This document shows, piece after piece, positions 44,841 to 57,400 of a stretch of 64,000 nucleotides of DNA (its first letter is position 1; every line of letters begins with the position of its first letter). Both the position numbers and the translations under genes were made by a program. The stretch covers positions 28,659-92,658 of IMG/VR virus record IMGVR_UViG_3300049043_000133, one strand, 5' to 3'. The notes under the pieces were generated by a model. That model was given only the letters and a program-made list of their open reading frames with translations, searched no databases and was not told the DNA's origin. Source of the stretch: a virus.

Positions 44841-47800
44841 ATGTCTTTTAACATTTTTGGACCTGCTTCAAAAGATGCGATTAAAGTTGGATACATTTCC
44901 ACAGACAGGGGATTTGTTGAGGGAGTATCGATATGTGAGGCTAATGATTACGCAAAGTTAAATCCTGGAACTCGTTTTATTTTTAAAACCAGAAACTTTA
45001 TTAAGTATTTGAATATTAATGAAGTCAATCAATTAACTCCAAGTGATTTTGTTTCTAAAGAAGATTCCTGTGGAGGGATACAACTTGAGGCAGAATGTGG
45101 ACCCCCTCAAGTTTATTTTTATGGCGGTGGCGGAGTTGGTGTTCAGGGAAATCCAGTCATCGGTGAAGATGGTTCATTACTTGCAATTGATTTAGTTTCT
45201 GGTGGATTTGGTTATCAATATCCTCCAATCGTAGAGGTTAAGGATAGATGTAATATTGGAGTGGGTGCAGTCACTCGTGCTGTAATTGGCGAAATTACGG
45301 AGACAGTTGAGTTTTATGATCAAGAAGAGGACTTTGAAGACTATGAAATCTGTCAACCAACTGATGTTGGATTATGGGTTGAGGTATGGTCCCGATGGAC
45401 AGACCTATAGGTTCTTGGGACCCAACTTTATATGCTAATCTAACAAACGATCCAATTGCTTTAGAGATTAAAGAATATCAAGATTTTCTTAAACAACTGC
45501 AAAATCCTTGGTGGAGCACAAGAAAAGAAGCACCATTAAGAATGACTTCTGCAAATAAAGTTACTAGAACAAGATTTAATGTAGATTATCCTGCTTGGAA
45601 TGAATTTATGAATTCATTTGCAATCTCACCCGTTCCCAAATCAAATGTAACGGGAAGTGATTTTGCAGGTATTCCATTCACCTTTGAGTGGGAAGAAGAA
45701 TTTCCGTATGATGGAGAATATGTCTTTAGAGGATTGTGTGACAATAAAGCAGAGTTTTATTTGGATAATATTAAAATAACTGATCTCAAATCTTTTAAAG
45801 ATACCCCAGAAGCAATTACAAAAACACTGAAGGCAGGGGTCCATAGAATTCGTCTTGATTTATTAAACATACCAATTAAAGAAAAGATTGCAAAACAAAT
45901 TATCACACAACCATCAATCCCAGATCAAAAACCATTTAAAATCACTGCTGCTTATTCTGGAGTTAAAAATGTTTTAAATAATTTTAAAGCAGGTATCTAT
46001 AAAGTTAGAGTATTATATAAACAAGTAACAGGTCCTTCAGGTATTGCGATTGAAATTAAAAATAAGTCAAATGGTAAAGTTGTTTTTGATAGTTTAAGTG
46101 ATATTAATGGGTCGAATGTTAAGTTACTTCCTGTTACTTCTAGTCAATATCCTATAGAAGGATTTGAGTTAAACTCACCAGAAAGTCAAATCTTTTTACA
46201 AAGAAGTGGGGTTTTTCCTGAAGACGTAAAAGACCAATCAAGTACTAATATTGAATGGTCAAATGTATACATTACTGAAGAAGGAGACTATGAAATTACT
46301 GCAAGTGCTGATGATGAAATAGTTCTTGAAGTACTCATTGCAGGTGCTTTGCCTACAGAAACAAACACACAATCTTCAAAGATTTCAACATCATCTCAAA
46401 ACATACAGTCAAGAAATATTTTTAATACAATTGATTATATCAACAAAGCAGACAGAGGACTTTGGAGAACCTTTCCTTCTGTGGGAAGAGATGGCGATTT
46501 TATTCATCAATATGGAATTACACCATTTGATCCAAATACAGAAGAGTCAAATACAAATAGTTACGCAGGAACTCATACAATCAATTGGAGAAACATTACA
46601 TTTCCAATTGATGGAAACTATAATATTGAAGTAATGGTTGATGATAATGTAACTTTAACATTTACCGGTCCTTCTGGTGATACAGTTATTACCAAAAAAG
46701 GATTTAGTGGTCCTGGAAGAAGTACAGGAAAAACATTAGAGACGAAGTTTTTTAAGGCAGGTTCATATAGCATCAAAGCAGATTTAGAACAAATTCCAGG
46801 CAAGCCATTAGCACAAGGAAATCCAATGGCTCTTGCTGTGAATGTTGAAACTTCATTTACTGAAGAAGAAGTTATCTCTGCAAAATCTTGGAATGAAAAT
46901 CCAATGGGTGTTGCATTAACAATTGATGCACCAATGCCCCCAATTCCACAAGAACCAATTATACAACAAGAAGGGAGATGTCCAAACAATCCAATCTGGA
47001 CAACAAGATTTCCGAATGCAAAAGAGAAGTGGTGGCCTGTTAAATATGACTCAGCAAGGCAAGTTGGAGTAAGTTTACCAATCGTTATGCAATCTCTCCA
47101 GTTCCACCACTTTCTAGTAAAGGAAGTGATAGTGGTGGTGTTGTTTATCGAAACACTTGGGATTTGGATATTCCTTACGATGGTTTTTATGCACTTAAAT
47201 CAACTGTAGACAATGCAGGTAGGATTCTGATTGATGATGTGCCTATTATGCAGGCAAATTATATTCCAACAGAGTTAAGAAACACTAGAGGTGGAAGTGG
47301 TGCATTAAGAAGAAGTGGAATTGCTGCAATTGATGGTGATGGAATCATCTATAACTTGAGAGAAGAAAATCCAAAGGCAAGAAAAATCTTCCTGAAAAAA
47401 GGAAGACACACAATACAAGTTGAAGTTGAAAATGGTATTACAGAAACCTTTGAATTGGTAGATAAAAAGATTTTCAGCACAAAAGATTGGTTATTTAAAA
47501 CCAATCCTCCAGTCATTCCAGATCAAAAACCATTTAAAGTATCTGCTGAATATTCTGGAGTTAAAAATGTTTTAAATAATTTTAAAGCAGGTATCTATAA
47601 AATAAGTTCAAATTATCGTCAAGAACTTCCTCCATCAGGAATTGCAATTGAGATTAGAAATAAATTAACAGGTAAAGTAGTTTTTGATACTTTACAAAAC
47701 ATTAATAATTCAAATGTTAAGTTACTTCCTATTACTTCTAGTCAATATCCTATAGAAGAATTTGCATTAAACTCACCAGAAAGCCAGCAGTTTTTGTTGA

Positions 47801-49096
47801 GAAGTGGTGTTTTTCCTGAAGATGTAAAGGACAGAACAAATACTAGTATTGAATGGTCAAACATTTACATCGGTGAAGATGGAGACTATGAAATTACTGC
47901 AAGTGCTGACGATCAAATTACTTTTGAAATATCAATTGTAAGTGGTTTAAAATCTCCACCAGTTATCGTCAATCAATCCCCAACAGCAATAGGTGTCGTT
48001 TATGAAGGACCAACACCAATTGCGTCTTATCCACAACCAATAACAGGAAGAACGGATTTTATTTCTCCCGTATTTGATGATGTAAATGCTACAACCAAAC
48101 GAAGAAGTTCAGGGAAAAACTTGGATCTTCCGTTGGAGTAATGTGGATTTCCCCGAAGATGGACAATACACTTTAGAGGCAGAAGGCAGATGATAATTTG
48201 ATTGTAAGAATTGATGGAGTTGAAGTTGGAAAAGCAAAAGTATTTGAAGGTAGAAGAAAGACCAACTTTAATATTACTAAAGGGAAGAGAACTGTTGAAT
48301 TAGAACTCTCAAATATTCGTATATCCTAATACTGGATTTCAAGCAAAATCCAACTATAGCATTTGCACAGATTACAAAAAAGGTAAATCAAACAACAGGG
48401 ATTAGTAAACCCTGGACAGAAAATCCAATGGGCATTTCTGCAATTCTAATACCACCACCTTGCCCTAAAAGAATTAGGGGAAAAGGTGTTGTGACTGATG
48501 TAATTGTTGATGATCCAGGAAATGGACTTCCTCGTCCAGGAACAGGTGGATATCCAGTTACATTAAGACTTAAGAATATTGTTGTTGAAGATACTCCTGG
48601 TATTAATTATTCTCCAGGAGATCCAATTACAATTACTCCAGATAATGGGGCAATTTTAGAACCAGTTTTTGGTCCTTTTGGAACTGTTCCCGAAGTCAAA
48701 ATATTAAATCCTGGTCTTGGATTTACAAAATATCCAGAGATTACTATTCAATCAAACACCGGAATTAATGCAACATTTAGACCACAGTTTGAAGTTGTAA
48801 GAGATCCAATTGTTGAACCACAAAAACTCATTCAGGTAACTGATTTGGTTGGACTAAAACAAACTGGATATGTTGATGGTCGTGCTTATTATGGTGCAGT
48901 CTTCTTTAAAGATGGTATCAGTTATGCAGGATTTTATGAAACTCCAGGGCAATTAGTTCAAGTTTATGCAACTCTTCAAGAGAGTATTGATGCTCAAGTC
49001 ACTACACCTCCATCTGCAATTCAAAGACAGGGTACGGATGTTACTAGTAATGACCCAAGACTTAATCTTCCAGGTACTCCTGAAAATCTGATCTAA
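44841..49096 (+). CDS. large virion structural protein with repeated beta-sandwich modules; frameshifts
   Basis: ORFs 44841..45410, 45386..47209, 47164..48141, 48428..49096 are collinear; WxENPMG repeats; FPxDGxY motifs. Confidence 0.6.
45920..47920 (+). repeat. ~400-bp intragenic duplication (45920-46320 and 47518-47920)
   Basis: shared tracts e.g. TATTCTGGAGTTAAAAATGTTTTAAATAATTTTAAAGCAGGTATCTATAAA. Confidence 0.9.
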
Positions 49097-49132
49097 ATCT
49101 TGATTAAATACTTATCATATTAAGAGATATCA

Positions 49133-49862
49133 ATGCCACTTTCTGATGATTTTGTAAACGAAATTGAAAATCAATCTCAACAAGATGTTGAAGGTTTTGA
49201 TGATATTGTAAACAAATGTGCTGTAGATCGACTGGGTGCAACTGAAGGTGAAAGGCAAAGTACAAACCCATCAGACACTGCAAAGCAGAACTATACTGCA
49301 ATTCGTTATGGAAATGATCATGGGTCAATTAGCTTTGGTCATATTCACGAAAAGGCAGACGTAACTGCTGCTGTGATGCTTCAAACTCCTGATGGAAGAC
49401 ATCAACTTTCTATGGATAAAGATGGTGCAAGAAAAGGGTGGACAACTCTAACTGCACCTGGAAATATTCAAATAGAAGCAGGAAGTGATAATCAAGAGGC
49501 ACAAGACACCTTGATGATTAATTCAAAAAATGGTAATATACTTATTGTTGCATCAAATGGTAAAATAAGACTAGAAGGAACTGATATTGAATTAATTGCT
49601 ATTGGTGAAGGAGGAAGTAAAGGAAACATTCGTCTAACTGCCTACTGAAAATATCACTAACAGACTCAAAAAAGCTTTCTAATGTAGATGCGTAAAGTTA
49701 ATTATAAAATTAGCTACACCAGGCACAGGTGAAGTGATATCAAATGGAGTTCTTAAAGATGTATGGATCAATAATTCAAGGAGTGAGCTGATGCCTGTGC
49801 AGTAAAAGATTCCAAAAGTTGGTGGTCAAAGACTATCAACAAGAACAAAATCAAGTCATAAT
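49133..49862 (+). CDS. gp5 C-terminal/needle-like beta-helix protein; garbled 3' half
   Basis: short alternating beta-strand pattern (SKNGNILIVASNGKIRLEG). Confidence 0.45.
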
Positions 49863-49875
49863 TAGGAGAAATAAG

Positions 49876-50700
49876 ATGTCTTTTAACGTCAAGATGATCG
49901 TAAGTGTATGGGGACAACTAAAAGTTGGAACTGGAATTGTTCCTGCAATTAAAGAAGGTGATCAAAAAATTAATGGATCAATGCCTATGCTGAAGGTCCT
50001 ATGGTAATTGGAAGTCCAATACACATTTTCCAACTGCATATGCAACACGTATGCGTTGCACCACTGGCAAATAGTGATCCAGACTCAGTGTTCCTCCCGT
50101 TGCTCCTGGATGCTCTATGTGGACTCCAGTGAGCAATCGCCATATGCACTGTGCAGTATCTGATAATGCTGCAGTATATGGGAAATCTTGACTGTTAATT
50201 TCAGAATACAAGTCGAGGTTGGAACTATGTAATTGCATCTGGAAATATTATTTCTAATTGTGGCGGACAATACATTCTTGCAGCTAAAGAAAAACTTTGA
50301 TATTCCACACCCAACAAAAGAAGGGTGGAGACTTCGCCATACCTGCCCAGAAGGACCATCAAATGATGTTTATGTAAGAGGTAAGGTTCTGAACAGAACA
50401 GAAATTGAACTTCCACAATACTGGAAGAAACTTGTTGACTTTACTACAATCACTGTGTCTCTTACGCCAGTCGGGGCACATCAAGATGTGATTGTAAAAA
50501 GAATTGATGAAGATAAAGTTTATCTCCAATCAAGAAGTGGTATTCCTATTCATTGCTTTTACCATATTTTTGGAACTCGTGCGGATGGTGAACGATTAAT
50601 TCCAGAATATGAAGGAGAAAGTCCAGCAGATTATCCAGGAAACAATAATGAATATTCTGTTGTTGGATATCATTATGACACTCGTAAACAAGGAGAATAA
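49876..50700 (+). CDS. baseplate/tail-associated protein; garbled 5' half
   Basis: KNFDIPHPTKEGWRLRHTCPEGP.NDVYVRG module. Confidence 0.55.
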
Positions 50701-50702
50701 TT

Positions 50703-51440
50703 ATGGCAGGAGAATTAGAACCAAAAGTATTTGGACAAAAAACTTGTACTGACCCCATTATTGTTGGTCAACCATCATACAACTATGATTGGGTACTGAA
50801 ACCTAGTAATAATGATGTAGGACAACCTCAAGATATTGTTCTTCAACCAGAATGTGTCCCATATTATTATTATAATATGAGAGTTGGAAGCATTTATGCA
50901 CAAGGTCCAAATCCAAGTATTTTTGCTACTGGAGACATTGTTTCAAACAACGGATCACACGTACTTTCTGGAAAGAAAAACTTACCCTTCGATATGCCTC
51001 ATCCAAACAAACCTGGATGGAGACTCCGCCACGTTTGTATAGAGGGTCCGGAGATTGCAGTTTATTGCAGAGGATAAAGTTCCAGAAGATGGTATTATTC
51101 ATCTTCCATCTTTCTGGGAAGGCTTGTAAATCCAGAGGATATGACAATCAACATTACTCCAATTGGATTTTGGCAAGAATTATTTGTCCAAGAAATTCGT
51201 TGGGGCAAACAAGTTGTTGTTAGAAATAATTTAGGCAGTTCAATTAATGCAAACTATCACATTGTTGCTCGTCGTCTTGATGATGACTTAGTTGTAGAAT
51301 ATGAGGGAGAAACCTACCAAGATTATCCTGGAGGAAATGAAGGGTATTCCTTTAATTATGAGCACAATTATGTTGAAAATTTGATTAAAGATACTATCAA
51401 AAAGACCGTAACTGAAATAAAGGAGAATGGTAATGTCTGA
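50703..51440 (+). CDS. paralog of the preceding gene; frameshifts
   Basis: PFDMPHPNKPGWRLRHVCIEGPEIAVYCRG; EYEGE..DYPG.N. Confidence 0.55.
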
Positions 51441-52105
51441 TTTTATTTTTTACTTCCTGATGGTGGATCATACACTGATGAAAATGGTATAATCACGACA
51501 AGAAGTAGATTACCTGGTCCTGGTTTAGGATATACATATAATTCTAATAATTGTGGATTAGGAACTGCTTATGGTGATTCGGAACTCAAATCTTGTGGTA
51601 GTTATACTGGAAAATTTACGTGTGATGGGAATTTAAAACGCATTCAAATTTAATCGTTGATCAAGATTTGAATGTTTCTGGTCTATCAACTTTTATTGGT
51701 ATCACAACTTCCACATCTACTTTATTTGCAAATCAATTAAGTATTGCTGGAATTACAACTTCAAAAACTTACGCAGCATCGGGAACAACAACTAGCACAG
51801 ATGGAACAACACCTCAACCACAAATTGATGCTAGTGTAACACAACTTTATTATCATTCTGCATCTTTTGGTGGAGACAGAACTTTTCAAATTTCTAATTT
51901 AACCAACGGAAAATCTGTTACTCTTTATATTCGTAACACAAATGCATCCTCTAGAAATATTGGATTCCAAGCAAGTACAACCTCTTCTGGATTTTCAACA
52001 GTTGAATTGTCGGGAAATGTTTCCAGTTTTAGTCTTGGTTCTTCTTCAACTAGGATGGTTTATATTGTAAACATTGGTGGCAATTTTGTTGGTGCTGTGT
52101 ATTGA
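51433..52105 (+). CDS. short tail-fibre-like protein; frameshifts
   Basis: LNVSGLSTFIGITT motif shared with fibre gene at 62 kb. Confidence 0.45.
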
Positions 52106-52107
52106 CA

Positions 52108-52136
52108 TTGACACCAGCACCCGACCGTGCTATGAT
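52108..52136 (+). promoter_or_regulatory. sigma70-type promoter
   Basis: TTGACA-17-TATGAT with extended TG. Confidence 0.75.
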
Positions 52137-52161
52137 AAGCAAGTAATCAACAAACCAACTA

Positions 52162-52383
52162 ATGCAAGACGAATCGTTGACGGAAATTCAACCAACTAGT
52201 GATGACAAAGAATATCTGACACGTTGCGTGGTGGATCCTGTAAAGAGAGTTGTGTACCTCTATTCCAATGAAGGGTCAGAACGACAAGTGCCCTGTGAAA
52301 CTGTCGAAGAATTTATGAATGTGCTACAGTATGTTCGTGATACAGTGGATGAAACAACAGTCTCGTATGTAAATCCACTTTAA
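52162..52383 (+). CDS. conserved hypothetical protein
   Basis: RCVVDP..R.VYLYSNEG...CETVEEFMNVL. Confidence 0.6.
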   Translation: MQDESLTEIQPTSDDKEYLTRCVVDPVKRVVYLYSNEGSERQVPCETVEEFMNVLQYVRDTVDETTVSYVNPL

Positions 52384-52445
52384 AATCCAAAAAAGGTCGA
52401 AGAAAATCCCGGTAAAAATTTTACGCACGATACTTTTTTAAAAGT

Positions 52446-52652
52446 ATGTATCCATTTAAAATCAATCTAACAAATCTTTGTGAATCTCCTGTCAAAACAA
52501 CACCACAAAATGTTCAAGAGGCAAATGAAGGTTTATTCTACTCTAAAATGACACTTCCTGCTGCAGCAAAACACTGTGGTATGACACAAAAAGAAATGAA
52601 GTTGACATTTTATGAGTATTTGAAGTATCATCCAAGAACCTATCAAGGATGA
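52446..52652 (+). CDS. hypothetical HTH-like protein
   Basis: KTTPQNVQEANEGLF..KMTLPAAAKHCGMTQKEMKLTF. Confidence 0.55.
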   Translation: MYPFKINLTNLCESPVKTTPQNVQEANEGLFYSKMTLPAAAKHCGMTQKEMKLTFYEYLKYHPRTYQG

Positions 52653-52659
52653 TTTTTAT

Positions 52660-52941
52660 GCGAGTATGGCGAAATCGGTAGACGCACCAGACTTATGAAA
52701 ATTGAACTCATTTAGGAAACTTTATGAGTGCAAATTCCTCAAATTCGGTGAAACCTGTAAAATGGCAATACCGAGCCAAGCATCGCAAGATGAAGGTGCT
52801 AGAGACTAGACGGGGAACACCTAAACTGAAAGGTATGGTGAAGGTATAGTCCAGACCACAAACTGAAAAGGTAGTGAAAACTATAGTGGTAAGAAAATCT
52901 GTTGGGGGCAACCCGTCGGGAGTTCAAGTCTCCCTACCGCA
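52660..52941 (+). tRNA. trnL: tRNA-Leu(UAA), exons 52660-52694 and 52894-52941
   Basis: GCGAGTA..TGGCGAAATCGGTAGACGC D arm; spliced anticodon arm CAGA-CTTAAAA-TCTG; long variable arm; GGGAGTTCAAGTCTCCC T arm. Confidence 0.9.
52695..52893 (+). mobile_element. group I intron (IC3-type, 199 nt, no ORF) after U34 of the anticodon
   Basis: P AAATTCGGTGAAAC, Q GGCAATACCGAGCC, R AGAGACTAGACGG, S GAAGGTATAGTCC; follows U, ends in G. Confidence 0.9.
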
Positions 52942-52984
52942 TTAGAGTTCACACTCTAAATAAACAAAAGTAGGAGTATATCCT

Positions 52985-53254
52985 ATGAAGTACAGAATTG
53001 AAACCGCATATTGTTGGTACAATAGAGGAACTCAAATTGTTCTAATGTACTTTATAAATCATATTCCATTTACTTTCGACGAACTTCCTGATTGTGCAAT
53101 GCAAGATTTGGAAGTGATTCACTTGGCAGATCAACAATTAAGGTATGAACCAGAGGACTTATATCGTACATCATTCTATTTGATTGATGAGGAATGTCAT
53201 CCAATGTTATTTGAGGTTGAACTGGAAAATCCTGAAATGTTGCCTGTTGATTAA
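52985..53254 (+). CDS. conserved hypothetical protein
   Basis: AGGAG RBS; IVLMYFINHIPFTFDELP, YLIDEECHP. Confidence 0.6.
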   Translation: MKYRIETAYCWYNRGTQIVLMYFINHIPFTFDELPDCAMQDLEVIHLADQQLRYEPEDLYRTSFYLIDEECHPMLFEVELENPEMLPVD

Positions 53255-53257
53255 TTT

Positions 53258-53332
53258 GCCCTTATAAGCATTGTGGTAGATGCAACGGTTTTGTAAACCG
53301 TCAGTAGTACAGTTCAATTCTGTTATGGGGCT
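53258..53332 (+). tRNA. trnT: tRNA-Thr(UGU), imperfect cloverleaf
   Basis: GCCC/GGGC acceptor; ACGGT-TTTGTAA-ACCGT anticodon arm; ACAG-TTCAATT-CTGT T arm. Confidence 0.7.
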
Positions 53333-53353
53333 TGAGTTTCTAATACAACTCTT

Positions 53354-53512
53354 ATGTCTTTACTTTCACAAACAGATCGCCAAATGGTGATTGAAGCATT
53401 AGAATATTATATTCAAAAACTTAAAGAAGATAACTGCACTGAGGCTTCTATCACTGCATTTCAAACACTTCTTCTTTGGGTTGAATTGGAGCACTTTAAA
53501 AATGAAAATTAA
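53354..53512 (+). CDS. hypothetical protein
   Basis: MSLLSQTDRQMVIEALEYYIQKLKEDNC... Confidence 0.5.
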   Translation: MSLLSQTDRQMVIEALEYYIQKLKEDNCTEASITAFQTLLLWVELEHFKNEN

Positions 53513-53688
53513 TCTCTGGCATTGTAAAGAAATGGGGCAGTGGAGATGGACTATTATGTGATGATTGTCGCCCAGTTATTAAGACAAGTATGCAGGACAA
53601 CAACCAAATTTTAAGGGATGCTATGAATGATGTGGCAAATACAGTAGAATATATTTTGGAATCCAAACAAAGTGAGTAAAAATACTTA

Positions 53689-54314
53689 ATGAAATCTGAT
53701 TTTTATATAGATAGGGTGAGCAAAGAAGAACTTAAACAATCTTCTTTTATACTTATCATTATCTAAAAGACGAATCAAAAGATTTCAAATCAGGCTTCAA
53801 CTATGGACTTTTTAGATCCACATTCGAATGCCCTCTTAATCTTGGCGGCTGCCTCGGTGCTTGCATTTTTAGTACTCTCCCAGTTCCAGAAATTGCCGTA
53901 GGTGCTTTCGGACTAGAAAGAAATCAACAAAAAGGAATATACGAATTATCAAGACTCTGCATACATCCAGATATACAAAAAGAAGAATATAATATCACAT
54001 CCTGGTTCTTAAGTCGTTGCATACGGAGATTTAAAAAAGATGCAAATGTTTCTGCTATTCTTAGTTACGCTGATTCTACTCGCCACAACGGAACTATCTA
54101 CCGCGCTTGTAATTTCAAGTATTATGGGTTAACAGATCCTAAAAAAGATTTTTATTATGCTGACGGGACCAAACATTCAAGAGGTTCTGTAAAGGGACAG
54201 GAGGGTGAATGGAAAGATCGTCCAAGAAAACATAGATACTTAATGATATTTGATAAAGAATTGGAAAAAAGGTTGACGTGGAAGGAAGAGAAGTGGTATA
54301 ATAATGATGTGTGA
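53689..54314 (+). CDS. Mom-family (GNAT-like) adenine-modification protein; frameshift near 53740, absent from ORF track
   Basis: YHYL, YELSRLCIHP, SWFLSRC, ILSYADS..HNGTIYRACNFKYYG, RKHRY. Confidence 0.8.
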
Positions 54315-54328
54315 AGGAAGTACGCCTT

Positions 54329-54360
54329 AAGAGACCAGGATTATTCCTGGTCTCTTTTTT
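54329..54360 (+). terminator. rho-independent terminator
   Basis: AAGAGACCAGGA-TTAT-TCCTGGTCTCTT plus T run. Confidence 0.88.
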
Positions 54361-54404
54361 CGTATGATAAATAATCCATAACGGAAACTATAAGCACTAA
54401 TAAA

Positions 54405-57400
54405 ATGGGATCTCAGTCGATTAGATAATTTTCTGAAGTCTGTTCGCGGTACAATAATTTATGTTGATCCAAACTCTCTTGATTCAACTGATAGTATAGA
54501 AAATACTGGAAATAGTTTAACAAGACCATTTAAAACTATTCAACGTGCTTTAATAGAGGCATCAAGATTTTCTTATCAAAGAGGACTGAATAACGATAGA
54601 TTTGGAAAGACTACAATTCTTCTTTATCCTGGTGATCATATTGTCGATAACCGTCCTGGATGGATTCCTGATGGCGCAAATAACTTTAGATTAAGAGACG
54701 GAACTACTTCAAATGATTTCCCTCCGTTTGATTTAACAACTAACTTTGATATCACTACTTCAAGTAATGCACTTTATAAACTGAATAGTATTCACGGTGG
54801 AGTTATCATTCCTCGTGGCACTTCAATTGTTGGTTTAGATCTTCGTAAAACTAAAATCCGTCCAAAATATGTTCCAGATCCAACGAACGATAATATTGCA
54901 AGATCAACCATCTTTCGTGTAACTGGTGGATGTTATTTTTGGCAGTTCTCCATTTTTGATGCTGATCCAAATGGACAGTGTTTTATTGATTATACTTCCA
55001 ATTTATTTGTTCCCAATTTCTCTCATCATAAACTGACTTGTTTTGAATATGCTGATGGAACAAATGATGTAAGCATTAATGATACCTTTATAACATACTC
55101 CACAGATCGTACAGATCTGGATATGTATTATGAAAAAGTTGGACTTGCTTATGGACAGTCATCAGGTCGTGCAATTGAACCTGATTATCCAAGTTCTGGT
55201 CTTGATATTCAACCAAAAATTGATGAATATCGTATCGTTGGTCCAACAGGTGGTGAAGTTGGAATTACCAGTATCAAGGCTGGTGATGGAGTTACTGCAA
55301 CTACAACAATTACTGTTACCACAGCATCAACGGTAAGTGGTCTTGATGTTGATACTGCATTTAGAATCCGCAATGTTTCTGAATCCACTTATAATGGTCA
55401 GTTTGTTGTAACCGAAAGAGTAGATGATACTAATTTTAAGTATCAAGTTCAGAATACACCAATTCTTGCACTTCCAAGTGTAACTAATGCATCACTGACT
55501 TTATCATCCGATACTGTTACATCAGCATCACCATACATCTTTAATATCTCTCTGCGTTCTGTGTATGGAATGTGTGGTGTTCTTGCTGATGGTGATAAAG
55601 CAAGTGGATTTAAGTCGATGGTCATTGCCCAATTTACGGGTATTGGTCTACAGAAAGATGATAAAGCATTTGTACTTTATAATTCAACAACTGGAGAATA
55701 TGACGATAGTACCAAACCTGGAAATGAAACAATCAGCAATAATTCCAGAGCAATTTTCAAACCATCCTATCGTAACTTTCATATCAAAACAATTAACGAA
55801 GCATTTATTCAAAACGTTTCGATTTTTGCGATTGGTTATGCAGAACACTTCTCAACAGATAGTGGTGGTGATCAGTCAGTTACGAACTCTAACTCCAACT
55901 TTGGTGCAAAAGCACTTGTTGCATCTGGATTTAGAAAAAGTGCATTCCCTCAAGACGATTTAGGATATATTACACACATTATTCCTCCAAAGGAATTACC
56001 ACTTACAGAAACTGCGATTGAATTTAATGCGATTGATGTAAACAAAACTGTTGGTGTTGCATCTACGGGTCATTTATATCTCTACAATCAAACAAACATT
56101 GATACTCCACCAGAAAACGTACTAGAAGGTTATAGAATTGGTGCGAGAGAAAATGATGCACTGAAAGTTCTTGTTTCTTCGGGGGTTCTGTAACAGAATA
56201 CAGTGCTCGTATTGTAATGCCTGGATCTCAATCCAGTTCTGAAAAGAGATTTACAGTTGCAAAAGTTGGAACTGCAAATAGTATTACTGGAGGAAATACA
56301 TTAAATCTTACAAGCAGTCATACATTCTATAGTGGAGAGTCAGTTAGAATTATTAGTGATAATGCACAACTGCCTGATGGTATTACGCCAAATACAGTGT
56401 ATTATGCAATTACTGACACTGTTGATGGTACATTAACATCAAGTCAATTAAAACTTGCAAAAACAGAAACTGATTCCACGGTTGCAACGAATGCAATCAC
56501 AATCAATAACAAAGGTGGTGTTCTGTCTGTAATCAGTAGAGTTACTGATAAGAACTCTGGAGACATTGGACACCCAGTTCAATATGATAGTACAAATAGT
56601 CAGTGGTACATTAAAGTTGCTACTGCATCTACAGAAAATAACATTTATTCCACAATTGTAGGACTTGGATCCACTGCACTTGGAGTAGCAACACCAAGAA
56701 CATACTTCAAGCGTAGACCAGATAATCGTACATGCAACTGATACTCTTTACCGTGTTCGTTATGTGATTCCAAAGAGCACTGGAGCAACGGTTGCAAGAC
56801 CTCCAAGTTGATGCATTTATTCTTCAAGAATCCAATACTTCGATTGGATCAACTGATGGTGAAATTCAAACTTACTTTGGAAGTGGATCATTAACAAATG
56901 TTAATGATCAGAGAAACTTTAGATTTGTTGCAAATGCAGAGTGGTCATCAAGCACTGCAAAGATCACCACAGAACTTCCTCATAATTTATCTGTTGGATC
57001 ACAAGTTGAACTCGTAAACATTAAGAGTACAAATAATCTTACTGGAATTGCAAATACTGGATTTAACAGATCTTATACTGTAACAGGAATTAGTAGTGCA
57101 AAACAATTTAATGTAAGTCTTACAACTGATCCTGGAACATTCACGAACGATACTTCTGCAAGAACAACATCACTTCCATACTTTAAGAGAAAGCAGTACA
57201 AAGATACTTATTACGTTTATAGATCACAAGAAGCACAAAAGTATGTTGCAGGGCAGCAAGATGGTATTTACTATATCACTGTACTGAATGGTTCAAACAG
57301 TCCATCAGTTGCACCATTTACTGATGAAAAGTTCTCACAACCAGTTAAAGAACTTTATCCACAAATCAATCGTGATAATTCAAAATCAGATCCGGACTCT

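Noticed and set aside
52708-52911. 67-aa minus-strand ORF in the tRNA intron
   Set aside because: Antisense to the ribozyme core, with no endonuclease motif.
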